Source: a virus (Duplodnaviria; Caudoviricetes). From it: a stretch of 57,431 nt of DNA. Below the pieces are notes generated by a model. It was not told the origin of the DNA, searched no databases, and worked only from the letters and a program-made list of their open reading frames with translations. The stretch spans positions 1 through 57,431 of the IMG/VR virus record IMGVR_UViG_3300043652_000015; one strand, given 5' to 3'. The position numbers were made by a program, and so were the translations under genes. Position 1 is the first letter of the stretch; each line of letters opens with the position of its first letter. Of this stretch, positions 8,341 through 17,434 are shown one piece after another.

Positions 8341-8751
8341 ATGACGTTCACCCCTCCGACCGCCGAGGATCTGGCCCTGTTCCTGGGGCTGGACGAGATC
8401 AACGGGAACCGGGCCGACCTGCTGATCGAGCAGGCCACCGCCCTGGCCCTGGGCATTGTTTCGCCCCTGCCCGATGGTGCGTCGGCGGTGATCCTGGCCG
8501 TTGCCGGGCGGGCGTACACCAATCCGACGTCGGCTTCGTACCAGACGATCGGCCCGATGTCGGTGCAGACGACGCAGCCGGGCGGCCTGTACCTGTCCAA
8601 GACCGACCGTGCGGCCCTGAAGTCCATGGCCGGGCGCGGCGGTGCGTTCACTGTTGACCCGACGCCGGCGACTGCTGACCCGTGGGCGTCGTACCCCGTC
8701 GGGGACTGCGACCCGCTCTTGGAGTGGGAACCGGGCTGGGGGGTCATCTGA
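8341..8751 (+). CDS. Head-to-tail adaptor
   Basis: ATG after GGAGG; RAYTNP..QTIGP..GGLYLSKTDRAAL..GAFTVD motif; position in head-tail module. Confidence 0.8.
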   Translation: MTFTPPTAEDLALFLGLDEINGNRADLLIEQATALALGIVSPLPDGASAVILAVAGRAYTNPTSASYQTIGPMSVQTTQPGGLYLSKTDRAALKSMAGRGGAFTVDPTPATADPWASYPVGDCDPLLEWEPGWGVI

Positions 8752-9113
8752 TGGTCTGGCCACTGCCCCACGGTGAGACCGTGACGCTCCTTCGTGCCGG
8801 CGAGTCGCCCGGCCGTGACGCCGCGGGGATCCCGATTCCCGGCGGCGTCGACGAGATCCCCGTCCCTCAGTGCGTGGTGACGCCCCGCGAGGAGTTGCCG
8901 GCCCCGGGTGGGCCGCAGCAGCAGGGCCGCGACACCGTCATCAAGGGCTGGACGGTGTACGCGCCGCCGGGGACGGTGGTGCTGACGACGGACCGGGTTC
9001 GGATCCGCGGCACGGTCTTCGATGTCACGGGCGAGGCCGGTGATTGGGGCCGGTCGCCGTTCACCGGTGTGCGTGGTCCGGTGCAGTTCTCGGCGGACCG
9101 GATCACGGGTTGA
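8751..9113 (+). CDS. Head-to-tail stopper / head closure
   Basis: ETVTLLR, TVYAPPG..DRVRIRG..V.GE..W.SPFTG. Confidence 0.8.
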   Translation: MVWPLPHGETVTLLRAGESPGRDAAGIPIPGGVDEIPVPQCVVTPREELPAPGGPQQQGRDTVIKGWTVYAPPGTVVLTTDRVRIRGTVFDVTGEAGDWGRSPFTGVRGPVQFSADRITG

Positions 9114-9552
9114 TCAGTCTGGCTTTCGCTGTTGTGTATTCGTCGGCGGTCAGCGCCCCGGTGGCGTGAAGGTCGGCGAGCTGCTGAAGCTGCGCGGCGA
9201 GGTTGCTTCCGTGGGTAGGCGGCGGGCTTGAGATCGCGTTCTGGACCGCATCTCGGAGGGTGGCGAAGCCTGGTTCCTGTTCCCTGGTGAACAGGATCGA
9301 GTTCTCGTCGTTCCTCGCTTGGGGCACTTGCTTGCCGCGCCCGGAGTTGCGCTCGATTCCACCCGGGAGGGTGAACTGCAGGAATCCTGACGTCAGCCGC
9401 CCGGCTGGCTTCCACTGCACGGCGGTGATGCTGGTGACGGGGATGGTCTTCGTTCCGATGCCCTGCGGTGCAACGCCCATGCGCCGCCTGCGGGTGATGG
9501 TGACGGTCTGTCCGTCGAACGTGACGGTCGTGTTGATGTTGCTGGCTTCCAT
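9103..9552 (-). CDS. DUF4429-like + SHOCT domain protein (reverse-oriented insertion)
   Basis: ATG 9552 after AAGGAG; KTIPVTSITAVQWKPAG..GFLQF..DENSILF; C-terminal QLQQLADLHATGALTADEYTTAKARL. Confidence 0.8.
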   Translation of the reverse strand: MEASNINTTVTFDGQTVTITRRRRMGVAPQGIGTKTIPVTSITAVQWKPAGRLTSGFLQFTLPGGIERNSGRGKQVPQARNDENSILFTREQEPGFATLRDAVQNAISSPPPTHGSNLAAQLQQLADLHATGALTADEYTTAKARLINP

Positions 9553-9583
9553 GGTGGCTCCTTGCCGTAGGTGGGTGATCGTA

Positions 9584-9919
9584 GTGGCGGCTTCGTTCAA
9601 GCTGTCGAAGAAGGGTGTCGGGGAGCTCTTGAAGTCCGGGGAGATCGCTGCGGAGATGCTGCGCCGTGCGGAGGCCATCGAGGCGGTCGCGGTGGCGAGG
9701 TCCCCGGTGGGCGGGGTCGGGGATCCGCATCCGGGTCAGTACAAGGCGTCCTGGGGCACGAAGTCCGGGCTGGGCGGTTACAAGGGCAAGCGGGACCGTG
9801 CGATCGCGACGGTGTTCAACACCGCCGGGCATGCCCGGTTCGTCGAGTACGGCAACGAGCACTACGGCGGCCACCATGTGCTGCTGCGGGCGGCCGAGAT
9901 CGGGGGCCGCGATGGCTGA
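9584..9919 (+). CDS. Tail completion / neck protein (HK97 gp10-like)
   Basis: GTG 9584; SPVG..HPGQYKASW..HARFVEYG..HHVLLRAA. Confidence 0.75.
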   Translation: MAASFKLSKKGVGELLKSGEIAAEMLRRAEAIEAVAVARSPVGGVGDPHPGQYKASWGTKSGLGGYKGKRDRAIATVFNTAGHARFVEYGNEHYGGHHVLLRAAEIGGRDG

Positions 9920-10301
9920 CTGGCCTGATGTCGAGGTCGTCCTCGTCGCAGCCCTGGGTGCGGAGTTCACCGGCGCGACGGTGTCGACCGAAACGGGCAA
10001 CGACCTGCTGGACCTGCTGCCGTTCATCAAGGTCGAGCGGTCCGGCGGTGGCGACGACGGGTTCCGCCTGGACCGGCCCCTGGTCGACATCGACGTCTAC
10101 GCGGCCTCCCGCCTGGAAGCGACGGCCCTGGCCGAGCAGATCCGCACGTTCGTGCTGCGGACGCTGCGCGGCTCCACCACTCACGGTGCGGCTATCGGGC
10201 GCACCAGCACGGTGTCCGCTCCTGCGAACCGCCCCTACGACAACACCGGGCTGCGCCGCTGCGGCGCTACCTACGAGCTGTTCCTGCACCCGGTCTCCTG
10301 A
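9912..10301 (+). CDS. Tail terminator
   Basis: PDVEVVL..LPFIKVERSGG..VDIDVYA..RRCGATY; precedes tail tube gene. Confidence 0.8.
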   Translation: MADWPDVEVVLVAALGAEFTGATVSTETGNDLLDLLPFIKVERSGGGDDGFRLDRPLVDIDVYAASRLEATALAEQIRTFVLRTLRGSTTHGAAIGRTSTVSAPANRPYDNTGLRRCGATYELFLHPVS

Positions 10302-10378
10302 CCGGTCGGGCCCGCGCCGGACCCAACCCCACTTGACCCCGCCATGTGCGGGGTCTTCGCATGTCTGGAGACCTGCAG

Positions 10379-10966
10379 ATGACCACAATCACGCGTGCAT
10401 CCGATCTCGCCATTGTCGGTGCTAATGGGGGTGGCTGGACAGCTCCCGTCGGCACCACTGGTCCGACGGACCCGGCGATCCAGCCCGTCGACCCGTGGGC
10501 GGCCTTCGGGGCGATCTCGGACGACGGCCTCGTCAACGGCGTCTCCGAGGACTCCACCGACTTCACCCCGTGGGGCCTCACCAGCCCGTTCCGCACGGTC
10601 GTCACCAAGAGCCTCAAGACGTTCAAGGCCACCCTGTGGGAGACCGCGAACCCGGTCGCCCTGTCGCTGATGTACCGGCTGCCCGTCGACAGCTTCGTCG
10701 CCGACGTGGGCGGCCTGACGACCTACGCCGAGACCGGCAGCCCGAGCCCGGACCGCCGGGCGTTCTGGTTCGTCGTCATGGACGGCGAGACCATGCGCGG
10801 CTTCTACGTGCCGCAGGGCGAGGTGTCCGACCGGTCCGACGTGACGTTCAAGAACGACACCATGTCCGGGTTCGAGCTGACGATCACCGCGTACCCCGAC
10901 GAGGCCGGGAACACCGTCTACCACATCGACCGCCTGCCGGAATCCGGTGGCGGCGGCGACTCCTGA
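10379..10966 (+). CDS. Major tail (tube) protein
   Basis: GAISDDGL..TPWG, LWET, PQGEVSDRSDVTFK..FELTITAYPD. Confidence 0.9.
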   Translation: MTTITRASDLAIVGANGGGWTAPVGTTGPTDPAIQPVDPWAAFGAISDDGLVNGVSEDSTDFTPWGLTSPFRTVVTKSLKTFKATLWETANPVALSLMYRLPVDSFVADVGGLTTYAETGSPSPDRRAFWFVVMDGETMRGFYVPQGEVSDRSDVTFKNDTMSGFELTITAYPDEAGNTVYHIDRLPESGGGGDS

Positions 10967-11076
10967 CCGGGTCGCCCCATTGACTGGTGGGCGGTCCGCC
11001 CTGGCGCGGGCCCGGACCGCCCACCACCCCTTTCCATCCTGTTGCCCGCGCCGATCCCAGAGAGGCCCACGCCACC

Positions 11077-11574
11077 ATGAGCAACACCAGGAACCGCAGT
11101 TCCCGCAGCACCGCACAGTCCCGGGCGGCTGCCGCCGCAGCGTCGCGCCGCGAAGCCATGCCCGCCCGCGACCGCACCCGGCCGCCGCTGCCCGAGCCCC
11201 TGGACCTGAGCGCCGACGAGGAACTGGACACCGACGACCAGGGCGACGACGAGGACCGCGAGGACGTGTCCCCGGCGCGCGCGCAGGAGATCGAGGCCGA
11301 CGGGTACGTCGGCGCGTCCCTGTGCGGGCGCCTGGTCCGCATCAAGCCCCCGGCGTCGTGGCCGCAGTCCTGGAACCGGCTCCTGCGGGTAGGGGCGAAC
11401 GACGAGTTCGTGGACCTGGCAATGCACCCCGACGACGTCGACGCCTACTACGAACTGGACCCCACGAACGAGGAGATGGGCCAGTACATCGCCGACGCCG
11501 GAGAACTCTCCGGTGAGAGCCTGGGGAAATCGCGTGGACCCAACAGGTCCTCGCGGAGCACGCGGAGGCGCTAG
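11077..11574 (+). CDS. Tail assembly chaperone (short form)
   Basis: Between tail tube and tape measure; contains GESLGK slippery region. Confidence 0.8.
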   Translation: MSNTRNRSSRSTAQSRAAAAAASRREAMPARDRTRPPLPEPLDLSADEELDTDDQGDDEDREDVSPARAQEIEADGYVGASLCGRLVRIKPPASWPQSWNRLLRVGANDEFVDLAMHPDDVDAYYELDPTNEEMGQYIADAGELSGESLGKSRGPNRSSRSTRRR

Positions 11575-11951
11575 AAGCCGACCTCGCACGCTACTTCCAC
11601 CGGGATCTGCTGGACGTCCACCGGCGGCGGATGTCGTGGCGCACCCTGCGGATCCTGATTGAGCGCCTGCCGCCGGAGTCCGCGACGATGACGGCCCTCA
11701 GGCTGCTGTCACCCGCCGACCCCTCCGTGCGCGCCGACCCGGAGGCCGGCCGCTGGTCGCATGTGGAGATGCTCCTGGCGGCGCTGGTCGATGAGACGCG
11801 CCGCAACGGCTACATCTTGCTGCGCGTCAACGGCGACAAGCAGACGAAGCCTCCCAAGCCCGTGCCGCGTCCGGGTGTCACGTCTTCCGCGCGGCCCGGG
11901 CCGCTGTCCCCACAGGCCGCTGAGCGCCTGTTCAAGCTCATGCACGGTTAA
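11523..11951 (+). CDS. Tail assembly chaperone -1 frameshift extension
   Basis: GGGGAAA at 11523-11529; -1 frame open from 11523 and reads EALEADLARYFHRDLLD..MSWR..LPPESAT. Confidence 0.8.
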   Translation, partial: GEIAWTQQVLAEHAEALEADLARYFHRDLLDVHRRRMSWRTLRILIERLPPESATMTALRLLSPADPSVRADPEAGRWSHVEMLLAALVDETRRNGYILLRVNGDKQTKPPKPVPRPGVTSSARPGPLSPQAAERLFKLMHG

Positions 11952-11965
11952 GGGGGCGGTCGGTC

Positions 11966-14900
11966 ATGCCCATCAGTGTCGGTACGGTCAGCGTCGATGT
12001 CATCCCGAACACCCAGGGCATCTACGCCAGGCTGAAGGGCCCGCTCGTCGCCGCGGGCGACAGGGCCGGCTCGGATGCGGGCAAGGTCGCGGGTGACCGG
12101 TTCGGTGCTGCGATGGCGGGCAATGTGCCGACCAGTATCGGCACGGCCATCGGGCGCCAGATCGGGCAGACGATCGGCCAGCAGGTCGCTTCGGCGATCA
12201 GCTCGGCGATCGTCAACGGTGTGCAGGGCGGTGGCCGGCAGGCCACTGCTCCTGCCGCGCGTGGCGGTGACTCCACGGCTGGGGCTTTCGCGCGGGCCAT
12301 GCGCGCCCGCCTCGAAGAGGCTTTCCGGTCCATGCCGAAGCTCAACATCAACATCGGGGACACCGGTGTCGATGCGGAGCTGGCGCGGATCCGGGCCCGG
12401 ATCGAGACGCTGGCGAACAAGCGCATCGGCATCGACATCGACGCCGCCGACGCCGACACGCAGATCGAGGCCATCGAAGCTGACCTGATCCGGGTCAGTA
12501 CCTACCACCCGAACATTGCGGTACGCGCGGATGCCGCGACCGCCCTGGCCCAGCTGGCAGCTGTGCGCGAGGAGATCGCCCGCCTGTCGGCCACCCCGGG
12601 CGTGATCCGCCTGGAGACGGACGGCGCGTTCGGTGCGAAACTCCGCGCGCAGGTCGCAGCCGCACAGGCGTCCCTGCCGGAGATCAACGTCACCGCGACG
12701 ACAGACGACGCTTCGGCCCGGGTCGCCGCCCTGCGGGCACAGCTGTCGACCCTGGCGAACGCCCGGGTGGGCATCGACATCGACGCCGAGACCGCCCTGA
12801 GCAAGATCGCCGCGATCCGGGCGGCCCTGCTGGAGGTCGCGGCCAGCAACGCCACGATCGACGTGCGCCTGGACGCCAGCCGGGCCGCCGAGGAGCTCGC
12901 CGCCGTCTCCGCTGAGGCCGAGGCGCTGACAGCGAAGAACTACCGGATCAACGTCAGCGTCGACACTGCGGGCGCACAGGGTGCCCTGTTCGTCCTGGCT
13001 ATCCAGCTCGGCGCCCTGGCTGCGATTCAGGCCGGCCCGATCCTGGCGGCGGGTATCGGCGGGATTGCGGCGGCGGCGGTGGGTGCTGCTGCGGGTGTGG
13101 GTGTGTTGGCGGCGGTGGCGATTCCGGCGATCAGCAGTATCAAGAACGTGCTGTCGCTTCAGACGGCAGCGCAGCAGCAGTCGACGTCGGCGACGAACGC
13201 CGGGGCGAATGCGGCGGTGCAGGCGCAGCAGAAGGCCGAGCAGTTGGCGGGCGCGGAGCAGGCGTTGGCGTCGGCGCAGCGCAACGGTGCGGTGCAGGTC
13301 AAGCAGGCCGAGCAGGCGTTGACGCAGGCCCAGCAGGCGGAGACTCAGGCCCAGCAGGCGCTGACGCAGGCCCGGAAGGATGCGGCGGCGCAGCTGGAGG
13401 ACCTGAACAACAACCTGACGGACGCGCAGCTGTCGCAGCGGCAGGCGGTCCTGGCGGTCACTGATGCCCAGGCGCAGCTGACGGCGGACAAGAAGGCCGG
13501 GGCGAAGGTCAGTGCGGAGCAGCTGGCGAAGGACCAATTGGCGTATGACCAGGCGGTGCAGGCGCTGAAGGAGCAGCAGCTCCAGACGCAGCGCCTGCAG
13601 GTCCAGACGACGGCGGCGAACAAGGCCGGTGTGGCCGGTTCGGCGACGGTGGTTCAGGCGGAGCAGCAGGTCGTCACGGCGAAGCAGGACGTGTCGGACA
13701 AGACCGCGGCGGTTGCCCAGGCGCAGGCGCAGGCGGCGGATGCGATCGCGTCCGCTGAGCGGCAGATCGCTTCGGCGCAGTTGTCGACGGCGAGTTCCGC
13801 GAGCACTGCGGAGACGGCGCAGCAGAAGTACCTGGACGCCCTGGACAAGCTGTCGCCGTCGGCGCGGGTGCTGCTGAAGGCGTACCTGGACCTGAAGAAG
13901 GGCTTCCTGGGCTGGTCGGCTTCGTTGCAGCCGACGGTGCTGCCGTTGTTCACCCGTGCGGTGGATGGGCTGTCGGGGTCGTTGGTGAAGTTCTCTCCGC
14001 TGGTCGTGGCGGCTGCGGGTGGTGTGCAGACTCTGGAGGACAGGGTCTCCCGGTCGGTGAAGTCGCCGTTCTGGCAGGGCTTCCTGGCGGATCTGACGGG
14101 TTCGGTGAGCCCGGCGATCGTCGGGCTCGGTACTGCTTTCGGGCATATCTTCACCGGGCTGGCGGGTGTGATCGACGCGTTCCTGCCGCATATGGCTGGG
14201 ATCTCGTCGACGATGGACCGGATCACTGGCCGGTTCGCGAAGTTCGGTACGAGTCTCAAGGTCAGCCCGGCTTTTCAGGCGTTCCTGGACTATGTGAACC
14301 GCACGGGGCCCGGGCTCGCCCGGGTGCTGGGGCAGATCTTCACGGCGCTGGGTCATGTGTCGGAGGCGCTGGCTCCGATCGCCGGACCGCTCCTGAAGAT
14401 CGTCGGTGGTTTGGCGCAGTTCGTCGGCTGGCTGGCGCAGGTCAACCCGGGGCTGCTTCAGGGCCTCTATCTGGCCGTGCTCACCTTCAAGGCGCTACAG
14501 CTCGGCCTGATCCTCGTCGAGGGGGCGATCTGGGCCTACAACATCGCCGTGGGCATCGCCACGATCTTCACGGGCGGGTGGGCCGCAGCGGTCCAGGCGA
14601 CCGGGATCGTGCCGCTGATCGAGGGCATCATCGCTGTGATCGCCCTGCTGGTCATCGGCGTGATCTACGCCTACAACCACTTCACGTGGTTCCGCGACAC
14701 GGTGAACGCGGTGTGGCACGCCATCGCGACGGCGGCGCTGTGGCTGTGGAACGTCGTCCTCAAGCCGACGTTCGATGCCCTGGTCTTGGTCTTCAGCGCG
14801 GTGGCCACGGCGGCGACTTGGCTGTGGCGGAACGTCCTCGTTCCGGTGTTCAACGGGATCGTCCTGGCGGGCAAGATCCTCATCGCGGTCCTCGCGGTCG

Positions 14901-16546
14901 TGGTCTTCGCACCCCTGCTGATCCTCTTCCACGTGCTCGAAGCGGTCGCGCTGTGGCTGTGGCACCAGGCGATCGAGCCTGCTTTCCGGGGCATCGCGTG
15001 GCTGGCGAACTGGCTGTGGACCAATGCGATCAAGCCCGTGTTCGGGTTCATCGCCACCCAGGCCAGGATCCTGGGCGCGGTCGGGACGTGGCTGTGGAAG
15101 AACGCCCTGAAGCCCGCGTTCGACGGCATCGGGTTCGTGGCGACGTGGCTGTGGAAGCAGGCGATCAAACCGGCGTTCGACCAGATCGCCTCGATCGCCT
15201 CGTGGCTGTGGACCCACGGCCTCAAACCGCAGTTCGACCTGATCAAGACCGGGATCGGCCTGGTCGGAGACGCCTTCGGGAAGGCCAAGGACTTCATCGC
15301 GAAGGTCTGGGGCCAGGTCGAGGGCGTCGCGAAGAAGCCCGTCAACTTCATCATCAAGTCCGTGTACACCGACGGCATCAAGGCCGTGTGGGACAAGGTC
15401 GCGGACTTCGTCAAACTGCCCCACCTGCCCATCGCCCCGAAGCTGTTGGCAGCCGGCGGCACCATCGGCAACGGCTTCGGCCCGGCAACCCCGGGGGTCT
15501 ACAGCAGGCCCACGGCGATCGTCGGCGAAGGCAACCCGGCATGGCCCGAGTACGTCATCCCGACGGACCCGAAGTACCGGGGACGGGCGCAGGCCCTGCA
15601 CCAGGCGGCCGGCACGAAGCTCATGGCGTCCGGCGGGATCCTCGGCGGTGTCGAGAGCTTCCTCGGATCCGCCGTCAACGGGGCCAAGACGGTCGGCAGC
15701 AAGGCCTGGAACGGCATCACCGACCTGGGGGACATCTTCCTGCACCCCACGTCGATCTGGTCGAAGCTGTCCGCGCCGCTCCGCAAGCTCATCGACCAGG
15801 TCGGGAACTTCCCCTTCGCGAAGCAGGTCGGAAGCATTCCCACGAAGATGCTGACCGGCCTGGGCACGAAGATCACCGACTTTGTGACCGGCGGGGGAGG
15901 CGGCGCCTCGGGCAGCGTCGGGGCAGCCCTGGCCTGGGCGCGCTCACAGGCAGGCAAGCCCTACCAGTGGGGCGGAGTCGGCAACCCGTCGTGGGACTGC
16001 TCCGGGTTCATGGGCGGCATCGAAAGCGCCCTCCTCGGCCGGAACCCCGACCGGCGCCTGTTCACGACCTACGCGTTCCAGGGCTCCAACGCCCCGGCCG
16101 GCTGGGCCCTGAACGCCGCCTCGCCGTTCCGTGTCGGTGTGACCAATGCCGGTGTGGGTCACATGGCGGGGACGATCGGGGGCGTCAACGTGGAATCCCA
16201 GGGCGACCTGGGTGTCCTCGTGGGGCCGCGGGCCCGCGGGTGGAGCAACTCGCTGTTCGGCGAGCACTACGGCTATGTCGGGAAGTACGACGCGGGCGGG
16301 TACCTGCCGACGGGGATGTCGACGGTCTTCAACGGCACCGGTTCCCCGGAGCCGATCCTGACGACCGCGCAGTGGGACGCGATCACCGGCACGGCCACCG
16401 CGCCGATGGGGCCGATGTCGTTCGAGGGTGACCTGCGGCTCGACTCCGGGGAGTTCCTCGGACGGGTCCGCGGCGAGGCCCAGCAGGTCGTCAACACCAC
16501 GCTCACACGTGTCCGGGACCGCGCCGCAGCTGGCGCGAAGAACTAG
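11966..16546 (+). CDS. Tape measure protein with C-terminal NlpC/P60-like domain
   Basis: 1526 aa, Ala-rich coiled coil, repeated WLW..KP.F units; GKPYQWGG..WDCSGF..GHMA near the C-terminus. Confidence 0.95.
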   Translation: MPISVGTVSVDVIPNTQGIYARLKGPLVAAGDRAGSDAGKVAGDRFGAAMAGNVPTSIGTAIGRQIGQTIGQQVASAISSAIVNGVQGGGRQATAPAARGGDSTAGAFARAMRARLEEAFRSMPKLNINIGDTGVDAELARIRARIETLANKRIGIDIDAADADTQIEAIEADLIRVSTYHPNIAVRADAATALAQLAAVREEIARLSATPGVIRLETDGAFGAKLRAQVAAAQASLPEINVTATTDDASARVAALRAQLSTLANARVGIDIDAETALSKIAAIRAALLEVAASNATIDVRLDASRAAEELAAVSAEAEALTAKNYRINVSVDTAGAQGALFVLAIQLGALAAIQAGPILAAGIGGIAAAAVGAAAGVGVLAAVAIPAISSIKNVLSLQTAAQQQSTSATNAGANAAVQAQQKAEQLAGAEQALASAQRNGAVQVKQAEQALTQAQQAETQAQQALTQARKDAAAQLEDLNNNLTDAQLSQRQAVLAVTDAQAQLTADKKAGAKVSAEQLAKDQLAYDQAVQALKEQQLQTQRLQVQTTAANKAGVAGSATVVQAEQQVVTAKQDVSDKTAAVAQAQAQAADAIASAERQIASAQLSTASSASTAETAQQKYLDALDKLSPSARVLLKAYLDLKKGFLGWSASLQPTVLPLFTRAVDGLSGSLVKFSPLVVAAAGGVQTLEDRVSRSVKSPFWQGFLADLTGSVSPAIVGLGTAFGHIFTGLAGVIDAFLPHMAGISSTMDRITGRFAKFGTSLKVSPAFQAFLDYVNRTGPGLARVLGQIFTALGHVSEALAPIAGPLLKIVGGLAQFVGWLAQVNPGLLQGLYLAVLTFKALQLGLILVEGAIWAYNIAVGIATIFTGGWAAAVQATGIVPLIEGIIAVIALLVIGVIYAYNHFTWFRDTVNAVWHAIATAALWLWNVVLKPTFDALVLVFSAVATAATWLWRNVLVPVFNGIVLAGKILIAVLAVVVFAPLLILFHVLEAVALWLWHQAIEPAFRGIAWLANWLWTNAIKPVFGFIATQARILGAVGTWLWKNALKPAFDGIGFVATWLWKQAIKPAFDQIASIASWLWTHGLKPQFDLIKTGIGLVGDAFGKAKDFIAKVWGQVEGVAKKPVNFIIKSVYTDGIKAVWDKVADFVKLPHLPIAPKLLAAGGTIGNGFGPATPGVYSRPTAIVGEGNPAWPEYVIPTDPKYRGRAQALHQAAGTKLMASGGILGGVESFLGSAVNGAKTVGSKAWNGITDLGDIFLHPTSIWSKLSAPLRKLIDQVGNFPFAKQVGSIPTKMLTGLGTKITDFVTGGGGGASGSVGAALAWARSQAGKPYQWGGVGNPSWDCSGFMGGIESALLGRNPDRRLFTTYAFQGSNAPAGWALNAASPFRVGVTNAGVGHMAGTIGGVNVESQGDLGVLVGPRARGWSNSLFGEHYGYVGKYDAGGYLPTGMSTVFNGTGSPEPILTTAQWDAITGTATAPMGPMSFEGDLRLDSGEFLGRVRGEAQQVVNTTLTRVRDRAAAGAKN

Positions 16547-16555
16547 GAGACCGGC

Positions 16556-17434
16556 ATGCCGATGATCGTGGATCCCAGCGCACCTGAGGTCACCCCTGCG
16601 GACCCGGCGGTCAGCCCGGACGGCTGGCTGACGGCCACGGTCGACGGGACCTGGGCCGGGGTGTTCCTGCGCTACGACGCCACCGTTGGTACCCCGTATG
16701 GGTCGGCGGCGGATGTGCGGCACGTGGCCATCACGCGCACCGACCCCGGTGCGGTCGCGGTGCCTGTGCGGTCGGCCGATACGGCGTGGGCTGTGGGCGG
16801 CACGGGGGTGGCCTACGACTCGGAGGCGCCGCTGGGGGTGGCTGTCGCCTACACGGCCACCCCGGTCCTGGTCAACGGAACGGTCGGCCCGGCGTCGTCC
16901 CTGTCGGTCACCGTGCCCGCTCCGGCGTCGCGCCTGGCAGATGTGTGGGTCAAGTCGCTTGAGGCTCTCGGCAGTTCGGTCCTGGTTACGGTCACGGCGT
17001 GGCCGCAGTTGGCGTTCGCGTCGCGGCACGACACCGCGACGGTCCTCGGATCGGCGTTCTCGGCGGTGGCACTGGATGTGTATTCGGCGCCGACGTCGAG
17101 CATCACGATCCAGGCGGAGGGTGATGCGATCGAGGCGCTGCGGGCGCTGCTGGCGTCGCCTCAGGTGCTGCTGCTGCAGACCGTCCCCGGGTACCACCGC
17201 CCGGACGCCTACGTGGTGATGGGCGATGTCACCGAGGACATGCAGAGCACCCCGGACCAGCCGCGCACGTTCATCGCCGCCGTGATGCAGGTCGAGCGCC
17301 CCGACACGGCCGGGCAGCCGCTGGGCCTGCCCGGGTGGTCCTGGGATGCCGTGGCGGCCGAGTTCGCGACCTGGGATGCGGTCACGGGCTCCTACGCCTC
17401 GTTTGCTTCGCTGGCCCTCAACGGGGCCCTGTAG
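16556..17434 (+). CDS. Minor tail protein (distal tail-like)
   Basis: First gene after tape measure; YDSEAPLG, VWVKS, LLLQT. Confidence 0.7.
   Translation: MPMIVDPSAPEVTPADPAVSPDGWLTATVDGTWAGVFLRYDATVGTPYGSAADVRHVAITRTDPGAVAVPVRSADTAWAVGGTGVAYDSEAPLGVAVAYTATPVLVNGTVGPASSLSVTVPAPASRLADVWVKSLEALGSSVLVTVTAWPQLAFASRHDTATVLGSAFSAVALDVYSAPTSSITIQAEGDAIEALRALLASPQVLLLQTVPGYHRPDAYVVMGDVTEDMQSTPDQPRTFIAAVMQVERPDTAGQPLGLPGWSWDAVAAEFATWDAVTGSYASFASLALNGAL

Noticed and set aside
14700-15240. Repeated TGGCTGTGG units as a possible CRISPR or DGR repeat
   Set aside because: They are WLW protein repeats in the tape measure; there is no spacer structure, reverse transcriptase or cas gene in the window.
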